Assembly (NCBI GenBank): GCA_040830765.1
Contig: JBFOMH010000005.1
Location: 352,001 to 416,000, forward strand
Source of the DNA: Puniceicoccaceae bacterium
Lineage (GTDB): Bacteria > Verrucomicrobiota > Verrucomicrobiia > Opitutales > Oceanipulchritudinaceae
Reading direction: 5' to 3'
DNA length: 64,000 nt
Below the pieces are notes generated by a model. The model was given only the letters and a program-made list of their open reading frames with translations. It had not been told where the DNA came from and did no database searches. Below are positions 1 through 9,812 of this stretch, one piece after another. Numbering within the stretch: position 1 is the first letter of the stretch; every line of letters begins with the position of its first letter. A program made the position numbers and the translations under genes.

Positions 1-2247
1 AACTCCATTCCCTTTAAGGATGGGGAACGTTTCTATTACTACGTCGCCGCCCGGGATATTCTGGGCCGGAACGGTGAGGTTTCGGAAGGAACGGAAGTCA
101 TGATGTCAGACCGGGTTCCACCCAACGCCCCCCGCCGGCCTGAAGTCTCCAACGTAGTGGACTACGTCAACGGCCAGGAAACCCATCACCTGCAGGTCAC
201 GTGGCGGCAACTGGTCTCCACACCAGAGGAACCGATTTCCGGATACTACGTCTACCGCTGGTCCAATCCAGGTGATGTCCAGAAGTTTGGCGCCGATCCT
301 CAGTGGAACCAGATATCCAACTTCATTCCACAGGACGAGAATGTCCGCCGCCTGTCCTATATCGATGATGGCCAAGGCTCCCCTACTGTACCGGAAGATT
401 ATGATCAGACCTACTGGTACACCATCCGCGCCGTCAAGCCGACCGCCATGGGTGGCAATTACTCCCCCAACAGTGCACCAGCCTTCGGCGTCCTGCGCGA
501 CCGGAATGCCCCCGATCCACCGGAAGGGGAAATCCTCATCTACTGCTGCCTGCCCATTGCCATCCCCGACAAGTTTGAGGACGTAGCAGAGGAAGCCGGC
601 AAGGATCCTCTACGGGTCATCTTTGACCTGATTTGTGAACGGGACAACCTGACCGTTGTATGGGCCGAATTCGCGGTTAATGATACCCGCAACCCGGACA
701 ATTTCCTCGGCAGGTATGACTTCACCCGCTACCGCACCACTGTCCGACATCGCCTCGACTTGGGTCGGCAGAACACGGAGAAACTGGATCTGCTGAACTT
801 CTACTGCCGGGTCGGTGACGCTGCCGGCAATGTCTCCGAATGGGTCCTCTTCGAACGAATTGGGCTGCCTGATCGAGGATTTATCCGGCAGGTCAGGTTC
901 CTCGGACGGGAAGATTGCAATGAGGTCGTCCTTAGTGCGACTTCATCGGTTATTGGCTGCGATGTCCACTCGCCCGGCGGCAAGCCATTCCCAGGCAACG
1001 CTCCGGTTCCGGAAGACGGGCAGAATCCGGTCAACCCGATCAAGGTCAAGTTCTCCCTCACTGAGGGAGCCGGCGAATACCGCGTCTACCGGCGTGTCGA
1101 TACCGGCAACCTCACTCTCTGGCGCCAGGGCCTGGCTGATGAGGCAGAGGCTCAGGAAATTGTCCTTGAGGATGGTGCCCTGCCGCCTAACTCAGCAGAA
1201 ATCACCTACTTTGGTCAGTTCCTTGATGACAATGGCAATGCCAGCGAGCTGAAGCTTCTGGGGCAGTATGTGGCCGTCAAGCAACCGGCCCCCGATCCGA
1301 TGCTCAGTCCGCCCGAGGTGGACGGAACCGACGAGGACCCGCGCATGCTCCTGAAGTGGTTCTGTACACCCGAGGGCGTCGAGCGTTTCGAGGTCCTGCT
1401 GGTGCCGGAACCAGGCCCCATCCCGAACAGCATTTCGCCCGACCTGTCTGTCAACCAGGCCTCCCCGCAGAACAATTTCCAGCTGGGATGGGATTCCGGA
1501 CAGGGCGATGACTCCAACGCGGGCTATGGTGCCTACCAGACGCCGTCCCTTGAGGCAGGCTTCGGTCCGGGACCGGACTATGCGGTCAGTATTCCCATTA
1601 TCAAGGGAACCACCTACACCATCCAGATTCGCGCCATCGCCAAGTACGGCGGCACATTCAGCTACAGCAACGCCTACCAGTTCATGTGGCCCACCGATTC
1701 CATAGAGGAGGCCACCGGGCCGATGGTTCCATGGCCGGCTCGTACAGCACCTGAAGTCGCCCAGAAGATCAGCAACGACATGGTTGCCCTGCGGGTCCAG
1801 GAACCCGATTTCAACGGTATGGGGGTCGTCATCGGTGAAGTTCCACCGGCTGACCTAATCGAGGGTGATCTCATCGGGACCAATGCCGATATCCGGGACT
1901 ATCTCTTCCCGGTCAATGAGCCCAGCGGGAAACTGCTCCCGATGATGCTCTACCGTTACCAGGTTCCCAACGAGGACTATCCCACTCCTTCGGGCGACAT
2001 CATCCAGGTTTCGCCCTTGATGACGGATATCGCCACCGGTATCGATAATGGCAATACGCTGATCCGTGATCCCTTCGTCAAGATCATCAACCGCGGAACC
2101 GGCCAGCTGGACCAACCGTGGCCGATTGTCCTCTTGGATACGCAACCGGCCATCCGCAAGGCGACCTACGCCTACATCGTGGTCCGCTTCGATGAGAACG
2201 GGGAAATCGCCTCCGTCCATCCGGTTCCGGAGATCCTTGTCCCATAA
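1..2247 (+). CDS. Large secreted fibronectin type III-like/Ig-like repeat protein, 5' end outside the window
   Basis: Frame is open from base 1 (NSIPFKDGERFYYYVAARDILGRNG...) into ORF 100..2247. Recurrent FN3-like motifs: YYVAARDILG, GYYVYRW, YWYTIRAV, FYCRVGDAAGNVSEW, YRVYRR, YTIQIRAI. Confidence 0.7.
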   Translation, partial: NSIPFKDGERFYYYVAARDILGRNGEVSEGTEVMMSDRVPPNAPRRPEVSNVVDYVNGQETHHLQVTWRQLVSTPEEPISGYYVYRWSNPGDVQKFGADPQWNQISNFIPQDENVRRLSYIDDGQGSPTVPEDYDQTYWYTIRAVKPTAMGGNYSPNSAPAFGVLRDRNAPDPPEGEILIYCCLPIAIPDKFEDVAEEAGKDPLRVIFDLICERDNLTVVWAEFAVNDTRNPDNFLGRYDFTRYRTTVRHRLDLGRQNTEKLDLLNFYCRVGDAAGNVSEWVLFERIGLPDRGFIRQVRFLGREDCNEVVLSATSSVIGCDVHSPGGKPFPGNAPVPEDGQNPVNPIKVKFSLTEGAGEYRVYRRVDTGNLTLWRQGLADEAEAQEIVLEDGALPPNSAEITYFGQFLDDNGNASELKLLGQYVAVKQPAPDPMLSPPEVDGTDEDPRMLLKWFCTPEGVERFEVLLVPEPGPIPNSISPDLSVNQASPQNNFQLGWDSGQGDDSNAGYGAYQTPSLEAGFGPGPDYAVSIPIIKGTTYTIQIRAIAKYGGTFSYSNAYQFMWPTDSIEEATGPMVPWPARTAPEVAQKISNDMVALRVQEPDFNGMGVVIGEVPPADLIEGDLIGTNADIRDYLFPVNEPSGKLLPMMLYRYQVPNEDYPTPSGDIIQVSPLMTDIATGIDNGNTLIRDPFVKIINRGTGQLDQPWPIVLLDTQPAIRKATYAYIVVRFDENGEIASVHPVPEILVP

Positions 2248-2261
2248 ATCCTTTAACCCAC

Positions 2262-5200
2262 ATGAAACGCACCTTTCCCATTCGCCTGATTTCCCTGGTC
2301 GCCCTGCTGACCCAGGCTGTCTTTGCCAGCCAGGTGCAGGAAACGCCGGAGGAATTCCATCTGGTGGGGGATATTGACGGCGACGGAAGGGAAGATCTGG
2401 TCGTTGTTGACAAGGCCAGTGGTGGCTTCCGGGCTGCTTACCAGTTGTCCGAAGGCAACTGGACCTGGTACCCGGCCCGCGCAACGGGCATGGACAATAT
2501 TACCGGTGTTGCTATGGGACAGTGGTTTGGGACGGACAAGGACAGCTTGGCGGTGACCAGTCCCCTGGCCAACCGGGTCCATGTCATCCAGGCAAATGTC
2601 CCCGGAGGACTTCCACAAATCGATGCAGTCTTTCCAGAAGGCATTGGCCCGTCCGAACTGGCGGCCCCGGACATCGGCGGCTTCGGCAACACCATCCATG
2701 ATGACATGTGGATTGGTTCCCGGGAAAACAGTGCCCCGGACCCGAACCACATCACGACCATCCGCCACGATGGCCTCGCCTTTTCCGATTTGGACGACTC
2801 TCTGGCGGATCGTGAGATCCAACAGGCCCGGGATGTCATCATAAAGGAGGGCGGTGAGCGGATCGTGGCCTACCTTGGCAAGGCAGGTGGACAAGATGAC
2901 GAGCTGACCTTGCTGTCCTACGAAACTGGCACAGCCGTGACTGTTGCCACGACCGCTGTCCCGGAAGACTCCCTATGGGCCTCCGGACTGGTAGTTCCAG
3001 GCACCCTGCACCACTTCCTCACCTGGCGGATTGGCCAGTCAGTGATCGACATCCATGAAGTGACCGAGGCCCAAATCGACGTCTTCGGGTTATCAAGTAT
3101 CGGCAGCTTCGATACAGGTAACTCCATCTTCTCCCTCTCCGTCGTCCAATCGGAAAACGGACCGCGATTAGTGGCCATTGATGCATCTGGGGATTCCGCC
3201 CGGATTTACTCATTCGATGGCATGAACGCCCCCCAACTCGTACAGACCATTGGGGCCTCCGAAGGCACTTCCCTAACGGGTGCCCTACCCCTTCCAGGAG
3301 GAGGCTTTCAGTTGCTCGATAATGATGGCTCACCCAGCGGAACAACGGGCACGACCCTCTACAATCCGGATGGCGGCACCTTCCTTGCCGGGGCCAGTTC
3401 CGAACTTCCCCAGTTGCGCCGGGCGGCCGTCCGGGCCAATGCCTTTGCCTTCGCTTCGGAACCCTTTGTCGACCCCGAGGCCCAGATGCTGGCCCTCTAC
3501 AACGTCCCGGACTGGACTTCGGATCCTGTCCTACAAGGCGGTCAGCTGTCGTTACAATCTGAGGTCCTTGAAGGCCCGGAGGTCGGACTCGGGTCACCGA
3601 TGCCGGTGATTGTCGGGACCGTGCCCATCGGGACGGCGTTCGCCCTCACCAACCAGTACAACGGGGCCATTTCACTCCATAGCTATTCCGCATCAAGAGG
3701 CGCCAGCGGGGCCAGCGTCGACATCAGTCCGGTGGACGGCATCAAGACCAAGGCCCTCCTGATGTCCTTTGCTCCGCAACCGGCGAATGCTCCCGTGTAC
3801 TACCGCCGCAATGACGGGGCGTGGGTGCTTTGGAACTCGGCTCCCGTCCTTGTCGGTGAAACCACCACGGTTCACTTTTATGCTGTCGATCCTAACACTT
3901 CCAGGCCTTCAGCAATCCGGGTCGCCGACTATATTTTCCAAGAAGATGCCTTCACCCTCGATTCGGACAAGGATAGCGTTCCCGACTTTGTCGAGCTGGC
4001 CGAAGGACTCGATCCCCTGGGAGGCGTCGATACCGATGGGGACGGCTACAGTGACCTCAACGAGTTGCTGGTCGGCACGGATCCGGCTCTGGCTACGGAA
4101 ACACCCACACCCGAACAACGGCTGGAGGAGAACATCGCCTTCCAACTCCGCGTGGCCCCGCTTCCCGTTGACGGCCTGTCTGGCAACCGGGCCACAGCCG
4201 CTGAAGGCGCGCGCCTCGATGTCTTCGGATTGGACGGATCCAACCTCGCAGGGGATGCCGCTGCCCCGCTCGGCCAGCAAGGCGTGACCGGACCCGGTCT
4301 CGGACTGGATGCACTGATCGCGGATACCCGGCAGGGATTTGTCACAGTCATGACAGAGCCTGTCTATGCGGTCACCATACCCGACGAAGACAAGGACCGG
4401 GGCCGCGAAATCGCCGTCCTCTACGCGATCCCCGAAGGCTCCATCCCGGAAATTGAGTACACTCCAGGTAATGGTACGCTGCAGGAAGAAGCCGCCGCCT
4501 GGATCGCTGCTGCCCTCGCCGCCCGCAACAGCATTGTCCGGCCGGTGGTCAGTGGCAACTGGACGGAAATCGATACCCTATCCGGGCTCCTGCTGGAAAT
4601 GAAGTTGGAATCCATCTTCCTCGCCCGCTCATTGCCCGATCTCGAGGCCGGCAAGCTGACCTTGTTTGGCGGACGCACCGGGGATGCCGGACGCTTTTCA
4701 CCGACCGGTGACGACTTTGCCGACCTGCGCATCGAGCTCTCCGAATCCCTTCCAGGCTATGACATCAGGGAATTGTTCACTACTATCGATGGTGCCGTCC
4801 AAAACGATCAGGGACTCTCCGGCCTCCGTGACGTCGCGACCGCGATTTACGCAGTCAGCAGCGAGAATTCCAACGCCGCTCCCCCCGGCACCTACCTGCC
4901 GCCCTTTGAGGTCCTGCGCTCATTTGTCCGTGGCAATCCCCTTCCGGAGCCTTACCTTTCTGAACTCGGGATCAACCCCGGCAACATCGATGCCGCCCAG
5001 GCATCCATCGCACCGTTGCTCGACGGTCTCCCCTCGCGCCCGGTGGAATCCTTCACCTTGGAGGTCCAGCCGGATTCCTTCGACGGCGGCTGCCATGCCC
5101 TTTTCCTGCTCGGAACCGACCAGCCGGTCAACCTCTTCGCCGCACCGGGCCAGCCCTATGCCTCAACCGACGGATTCGACCTCATAGCCGGAACCCGCCT

Positions 5201-5702
5201 CTTTGTGACCGGCTACACGGATGTCGTCGACGATGACTGCGATGGCACCGACATGGAGGTCATTAGTGTGGTTGTCCTCAGTTTCCCGCTACCGGAGGAT
5301 GCCGACGCCAATCAGAACCTGCTCATCGATGCCTGGGAGGATGCCTTCCTCATGGGTGACGGGGATCCCTATGGCGACGCCGATAACGACGGTATTAACA
5401 ACCTTCAGGAAATGCTCGACGGGACGGATCCCCTTGATCCGATGTCCATGGGCATGAATGCCATAGACCTCAGTCCGCCGGAGATTACCGTCCTCATCGA
5501 CCAGAACGGCATCACCCTGACATGGGACTTTCCAACCGAGTATGCCCAGCTGTTCGACTGGCTGGTCACAGTCAGTGATGATTTCCTCAATTGGTCACCG
5601 GTTGCCAACCCAGTTGTGGAGTCGCCGGCCGGTACCTTCACGGTGGAAATCCCGGCCAGTGAAGCCGGTATTTTCCAGGTGCAGATGCTGCTGAAACCTT
5701 GA
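2262..5702 (+). CDS. Secreted 1146-aa protein with FG-GAP-like start, TSP3-like Ca-binding repeats and a Verrucomicrobia-type C-terminal domain
   Basis: Signal peptide MKRTFPIRLISLVALLTQAVFA; GDIDGDGREDLVV; DSDKDSVPD...DTDGDGYSDLNELLVGTDP; DADNDGINNLQEMLDGTDP; C-terminal LTW...VSDDFLNW...FQVQM. Starts 14 nt after the upstream stop. Confidence 0.75.
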   Translation: MKRTFPIRLISLVALLTQAVFASQVQETPEEFHLVGDIDGDGREDLVVVDKASGGFRAAYQLSEGNWTWYPARATGMDNITGVAMGQWFGTDKDSLAVTSPLANRVHVIQANVPGGLPQIDAVFPEGIGPSELAAPDIGGFGNTIHDDMWIGSRENSAPDPNHITTIRHDGLAFSDLDDSLADREIQQARDVIIKEGGERIVAYLGKAGGQDDELTLLSYETGTAVTVATTAVPEDSLWASGLVVPGTLHHFLTWRIGQSVIDIHEVTEAQIDVFGLSSIGSFDTGNSIFSLSVVQSENGPRLVAIDASGDSARIYSFDGMNAPQLVQTIGASEGTSLTGALPLPGGGFQLLDNDGSPSGTTGTTLYNPDGGTFLAGASSELPQLRRAAVRANAFAFASEPFVDPEAQMLALYNVPDWTSDPVLQGGQLSLQSEVLEGPEVGLGSPMPVIVGTVPIGTAFALTNQYNGAISLHSYSASRGASGASVDISPVDGIKTKALLMSFAPQPANAPVYYRRNDGAWVLWNSAPVLVGETTTVHFYAVDPNTSRPSAIRVADYIFQEDAFTLDSDKDSVPDFVELAEGLDPLGGVDTDGDGYSDLNELLVGTDPALATETPTPEQRLEENIAFQLRVAPLPVDGLSGNRATAAEGARLDVFGLDGSNLAGDAAAPLGQQGVTGPGLGLDALIADTRQGFVTVMTEPVYAVTIPDEDKDRGREIAVLYAIPEGSIPEIEYTPGNGTLQEEAAAWIAAALAARNSIVRPVVSGNWTEIDTLSGLLLEMKLESIFLARSLPDLEAGKLTLFGGRTGDAGRFSPTGDDFADLRIELSESLPGYDIRELFTTIDGAVQNDQGLSGLRDVATAIYAVSSENSNAAPPGTYLPPFEVLRSFVRGNPLPEPYLSELGINPGNIDAAQASIAPLLDGLPSRPVESFTLEVQPDSFDGGCHALFLLGTDQPVNLFAAPGQPYASTDGFDLIAGTRLFVTGYTDVVDDDCDGTDMEVISVVVLSFPLPEDADANQNLLIDAWEDAFLMGDGDPYGDADNDGINNLQEMLDGTDPLDPMSMGMNAIDLSPPEITVLIDQNGITLTWDFPTEYAQLFDWLVTVSDDFLNWSPVANPVVESPAGTFTVEIPASEAGIFQVQMLLKP

Positions 5703-5726
5703 TTTTACGGTCATGGGCCGTATACT
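5699..5726 (+). promoter_or_regulatory. Sigma70-like promoter of dps, probably giving a leaderless mRNA
   Basis: TTGATT (5699-5704), 16 nt, TATACT (5721-5726), 6 nt, then ATG at 5733. No Shine-Dalgarno sequence. Confidence 0.5.
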
Positions 5727-5732
5727 ATACCC

Positions 5733-6191
5733 ATGACTGAAACAACAGACAAGAAGCACGCAGTTGTTAACGCACTGCGCCAGGTTGTGGCTGATAGCTA
5801 CGCCGTTATGGCGCAGACCCACCTCTGTCACTGGAACGTCAGGGGGCCCTCCTTTTTCTCGCTGCATAATGCCTTCGAGGAACAATACACAGAGCTGTTC
5901 ACGGCAATTGACGAAATTGCTGAACGCATCCGGGCCCTCGGGGCACTGGCCCCGGGTGGATTGGCCAGTCTGGCTGATCTGGCAGGCATGGAAGAAATCG
6001 GTGAGGACACCAGCGCCACGGAAATGGTGGTCCACCTATCGGAAGCCAATGCCGAGCTGATCAAGGACTTGATCAGTGCCCGTGATCATGCCTCAGAAGC
6101 TGGTGACGACCAGACCGAGGACCTAATGATCGCCCGTATCCAGGTTCATCAAAAGACCAAATGGATGCTCGACAGCTTCCTTGAGAAATAG
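5733..6191 (+). CDS. dps: DNA-binding ferritin-like protein Dps
   Basis: HWNVRGPSFFSLHNAFEEQY and DEIAERIRALG ferroxidase signatures; C-terminal HQKTKWML. Confidence 0.95.
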   Translation: MTETTDKKHAVVNALRQVVADSYAVMAQTHLCHWNVRGPSFFSLHNAFEEQYTELFTAIDEIAERIRALGALAPGGLASLADLAGMEEIGEDTSATEMVVHLSEANAELIKDLISARDHASEAGDDQTEDLMIARIQVHQKTKWMLDSFLEK

Positions 6192-6194
6192 TCC

Positions 6195-6743
6195 CTACCC
6201 GCCAAATGCAATTCCCTGCGCGATGATGATGCGGTTTTCCGGAGTGGAATCTGGTGCCAGATACCCTTTGACGATTACCGCATCATTCTCCTTCAGGCCA
6301 ATGGCTTCCTTCAGGCTGACCTGAAGCGGAAGTCCTTCCGCATCGACAAACTGCACGAAGGCGCGGGAAGCAGTACGCTTCTCAGGGTCCTCACAGCAGG
6401 CATCCCAGGGAGTCGGACAGTGTGTAGGATCGCTCATTTCGTCGCAGAAGACGAGGACCTCATCAGCGAGGACAAATCCGGCAAATTCGGTCGATAAGGG
6501 TTCAACCGTCCCACCGACACGGCCCTTGACCAGGAGAGGCTCCTCAGGTTGTGCGGACGCAAGCCCTTCCAGCAGATCCTTGGCATCCGCTGGGACGTCA
6601 GCCAAAAGGAAAGATCCAACCGGGGAAGCCGGGACGTTTTCTGCAATTGTGGATTCAATGGTCTCCCCCTTTGGCCCACAGCCACTGATCAGGACCGCCG
6701 TGGTTAAGGATATTACAGTTAGGAACAGATGATGTTTCTTCAT
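6195..6743 (-). CDS. Cys-rich lipoprotein, last gene of the ABC export operon
   Basis: Lipobox LISGC; Cys cluster FCDE...HCPTPWDACCEDP; OB-fold-like LVKGRVGG...VIVKG strands. Confidence 0.75.
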   Translation of the reverse strand: MKKHHLFLTVISLTTAVLISGCGPKGETIESTIAENVPASPVGSFLLADVPADAKDLLEGLASAQPEEPLLVKGRVGGTVEPLSTEFAGFVLADEVLVFCDEMSDPTHCPTPWDACCEDPEKRTASRAFVQFVDAEGLPLQVSLKEAIGLKENDAVIVKGYLAPDSTPENRIIIAQGIAFGG

Positions 6744-6774
6744 AATGGATAATTGAATGTTAGAATTGAAAGAA

Positions 6775-7926
6775 TCAGCCCGATCGAAGTGCCACCGGGA
6801 CCGGCATGCGCAGGCAGCGGGTGGCTGGCGGGAGAGTTCCCAGTGTTCCCAGAATCAAGGCGGTTGATAAGGCCACCAGCAGGACACCGCCAGTGAGTTC
6901 CATCCGGAAAGTCCCAACAGAGAACTGGACCATATACCCCTCGAGGATAATCAAGCCGCCGACTACGGCAATCATCAGGCCGACAGCCTGGGTAAAGAGG
7001 CTTTCCTGAATCAGGGAAAGCAAGACCGCCCGGCGCCGGTATCCTAGGGTCTGCAGGGTGGCCAATTCGCGAATCCGCGAGGAAAAGGACGCATAAAGCA
7101 TGTTCAATCCTCCCATTGCTGCTCCAAGGGCCACCATCGCGGCGGTCAGCCAGGTCATGCTGCGGATAGGGCCGTAGAAAGTTGCCAGATTCGAATAGTA
7201 TTCACTTTCTGATACAACGACCAGTTCAAGGTCCAGCCGTTGCTTGGCAAATATGTCGGCCCATTTGATGTCGGCGGGATTGTCCAGGCGGATCACGACA
7301 CAGGAAAGCGTCTCGCGCTGGATGAGTGTCATGAGGTCACTCCGGTTAAACCAGACTTCCGATTCCATCACTGTTCCGCTGGCATCAAAACGGCCGGAGA
7401 TACGGAATTCCTCACCTTCAAAAAGCACCGTCTCTCCTACAGCCAGTTTCTCTTCATCAACACCGAGCAAGTGATGAGCCAGATTACCAACCATCACTTC
7501 ACCCGATGCCGGCCACTGTCCTTCCAGCAAACGTGCCTCACGGTGGGCCTCAAAGACGGCTGGGGTGACTCCACGGGTGAGCCCCTGGGCCGGTTTTACT
7601 CCTGGCACAGCCAGCAGACCATTGTAGTGAACTTCTCCCGACACGGCGGCGACACCGGCCCGTTCGGATATTCCCCGGACACCGGCCTGGACCATGCTTT
7701 CGGCCTGCATGAGGATTTGGCTCCGCTCAACGCTTTCCTCGGAACCAGCTCCAAGAAAGATAACGTTGTGGGCGGAGCCGCTGGCCCTGAGCAAGCCCTG
7801 CATCCCGCTGTTGAAGGTACCTGCAGCAATAATGAGAAAAATGACCAGGGCGGAGCCGCCCGCTTTCTGCAGGAAGCGCCTCGGCTCGCGCATCAGGTTA
7901 CGATAGGCATAGGAAAATGGTAGCAT
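6775..7926 (-). CDS. ABC transporter permease, MacB/FtsX family
   Basis: YAYRNLMREPRR followed by a TM helix, a large periplasmic domain, RIRELATLQTLG and three C-terminal TM helices. Confidence 0.9.
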   Translation of the reverse strand: MLPFSYAYRNLMREPRRFLQKAGGSALVIFLIIAAGTFNSGMQGLLRASGSAHNVIFLGAGSEESVERSQILMQAESMVQAGVRGISERAGVAAVSGEVHYNGLLAVPGVKPAQGLTRGVTPAVFEAHREARLLEGQWPASGEVMVGNLAHHLLGVDEEKLAVGETVLFEGEEFRISGRFDASGTVMESEVWFNRSDLMTLIQRETLSCVVIRLDNPADIKWADIFAKQRLDLELVVVSESEYYSNLATFYGPIRSMTWLTAAMVALGAAMGGLNMLYASFSSRIRELATLQTLGYRRRAVLLSLIQESLFTQAVGLMIAVVGGLIILEGYMVQFSVGTFRMELTGGVLLVALSTALILGTLGTLPPATRCLRMPVPVALRSG

Positions 7927-7929
7927 GGC

Positions 7930-9081
7930 TCAGGAATCTCTCAGGGATTGGACGATGGGTCGTTTGGCCGCCTCATAGGCTGGCCAGATCGATGAAAGTA
8001 GGGCCAACAGCATGGCCACCACGATGCCCAGAATAGCAATGGTGTAACTGGGCTGCAGGGCCAGTGTAAGACCCTCACTACCAAAGCTGAAATTCTGCCA
8101 GCTGAAGAACAGGCTGGAAAACAGACTTCCCAGCAAGCCTCCAGCAAGTCCCAGGATAATACCCTCAAAGACCACCAGCAGTCCAATGGCATACTGCGGA
8201 TAACCAACTGTTTGAAGAATCGCCCCCTCCTTGATCCGCGTCCGCGAGGCCAACAGCAAGGCATTGGCCACCAAGCCCAGAACACCCAGGACTGCTCCCA
8301 GACCCAGCCATCGGGTAAAACCAATCATTTCCACCATGTCCTTGGCGGTCTGGGCAAAGAAAGCCTTCTCGGGACGGGTAATCGTGGGGGCACTGTCAGA
8401 CCGGAAAAGGTCGTCGATCCGCGCGGCCACCGGTTCAAGAAAGGAAGGGTTTTCCACCCGGACGTTGAACTGGGTAACCGTACCCAGCCCAACCCGGCTG
8501 GCCTGTTGCAGGAAGGGCAAGTGGACATAGGCGACATTGTTGTCCTGGGCGTTGGGTGAGCGGATCACTCCTGCCACGACCACCCGAACCCCGACCGCTT
8601 CAAAGGTATCTCCCGGTTGCAAATCACGTTTCCTGGCAAAGTACTCCCCGACCAGGGCACCGTCCGAACGGTTGGTCCACTCCTCATAGGATCCGGCCAA
8701 CAACTCAAGTTGCGGATTGTAGCGCTTCAGGTCCTCGCGGGGTACGCCACGAAAGGTGATCACATCAAGACTGGCTCCGCAGTTGTTGACTGCTACCTGG
8801 ACCGGTATGGCCTCTGCCACTCCATCGATGCGGCGGATCTGGCTCAGGTAATGTTCAGGCAAGCGCGAGGTGGCCGGGCAGAAACGGTTCTCCCTATAAA
8901 CCACCAGTGTCGTGTCTTCAGCAGTCAGCTTTGTCGCTTTGCCAAGCGCTGCCTGCATGGTCTCCACGCTGCTGAAGAGAAACATGCCCACAGCCACTCC
9001 CAGCACCGTCAGGATGCTCCGGGTGCGGTGCCGCAGGGCCTGCTTGCCGGCAAGTGTGAAAAGATTGATCAGGCTCTTCAT
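7930..9081 (-). CDS. ABC transporter permease, MacB/FtsX family
   Basis: RHRTRSILTVLGVAVG, periplasmic domain, RIKEGAILQTVG, C-terminal WPAYEAAK...SLR. Confidence 0.9.
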   Translation of the reverse strand: MKSLINLFTLAGKQALRHRTRSILTVLGVAVGMFLFSSVETMQAALGKATKLTAEDTTLVVYRENRFCPATSRLPEHYLSQIRRIDGVAEAIPVQVAVNNCGASLDVITFRGVPREDLKRYNPQLELLAGSYEEWTNRSDGALVGEYFARKRDLQPGDTFEAVGVRVVVAGVIRSPNAQDNNVAYVHLPFLQQASRVGLGTVTQFNVRVENPSFLEPVAARIDDLFRSDSAPTITRPEKAFFAQTAKDMVEMIGFTRWLGLGAVLGVLGLVANALLLASRTRIKEGAILQTVGYPQYAIGLLVVFEGIILGLAGGLLGSLFSSLFFSWQNFSFGSEGLTLALQPSYTIAILGIVVAMLLALLSSIWPAYEAAKRPIVQSLRDS

Positions 9082-9791
9082 CCTAATGCCCTCTCAAGTT
9101 GATGCGCCTCCAGCAGTTGTCCTTTCTCAAGGTGCAGGCAACGATCGGCCGCATCGGCCGCCCGCGGGTCATGAGTGACCATGACAATCGTCTTGCCGTG
9201 TTCCCTGGACAAACGCTGCAACAGCTCAAGGATCTGAGTTGCGGCAGTACTGTCGAGATCGCCCGTTGGCTCGTCGGCTACCAGCAACTCCGGATCGGTG
9301 ACAATGGCCCGGGCGATGGCTACCCGCTGTTCCTGCCCGCCAGACAGTTCTGACGGAAAGTGACTCGCACGATCGGTCAGGCCTACCAAATCCAATGCCG
9401 CTTCAACCCGGATGCGGCGTGCGGAATTCGTCAACCCCTTGTCCAGCAGCAGGGGCAATTCGACATTCTCAAAGGCGGTCAGGATGGGAACCAGGTGATA
9501 CAGTTGGAAGATGTATCCGCAGTTTCGGCCCCGCCAGCTCGTCAGTTCACCGCGGCTCATCTCGACGATGTTCTTGTCCCCGATAAGCAGCTCTCCGGAT
9601 GTTGGTTGATCAATGCCAGCGATGCAGTTGAGCAGGGTTGTCTTACCGGAACCGGATGGCCCCATCAAGGCAAGGAACTCCCCCCGGCCAACCTCAAGGT
9701 CCAATTCCTCAAGCGGTGTAACGGTTGTTGTTCCCTTCTTGTAACTTTTGCTGAGGGAGCGGCAGATAATGAAATTTTCTCTTTCGTTCAT
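9078..9791 (-). CDS. ABC transporter ATP-binding protein, LolD/MacB-like
   Basis: Walker A GPSGSGKT, signature [14 protein letters not shown], Walker [12 protein letters not shown], switch VTHD. Confidence 0.95.
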   Translation of the reverse strand: MNERENFIICRSLSKSYKKGTTTVTPLEELDLEVGRGEFLALMGPSGSGKTTLLNCIAGIDQPTSGELLIGDKNIVEMSRGELTSWRGRNCGYIFQLYHLVPILTAFENVELPLLLDKGLTNSARRIRVEAALDLVGLTDRASHFPSELSGGQEQRVAIARAIVTDPELLVADEPTGDLDSTAATQILELLQRLSREHGKTIVMVTHDPRAADAADRCLHLEKGQLLEAHQLERALG

Positions 9792-9812
9792 GATAAGATT
9801 CCTAGTGTTAAC

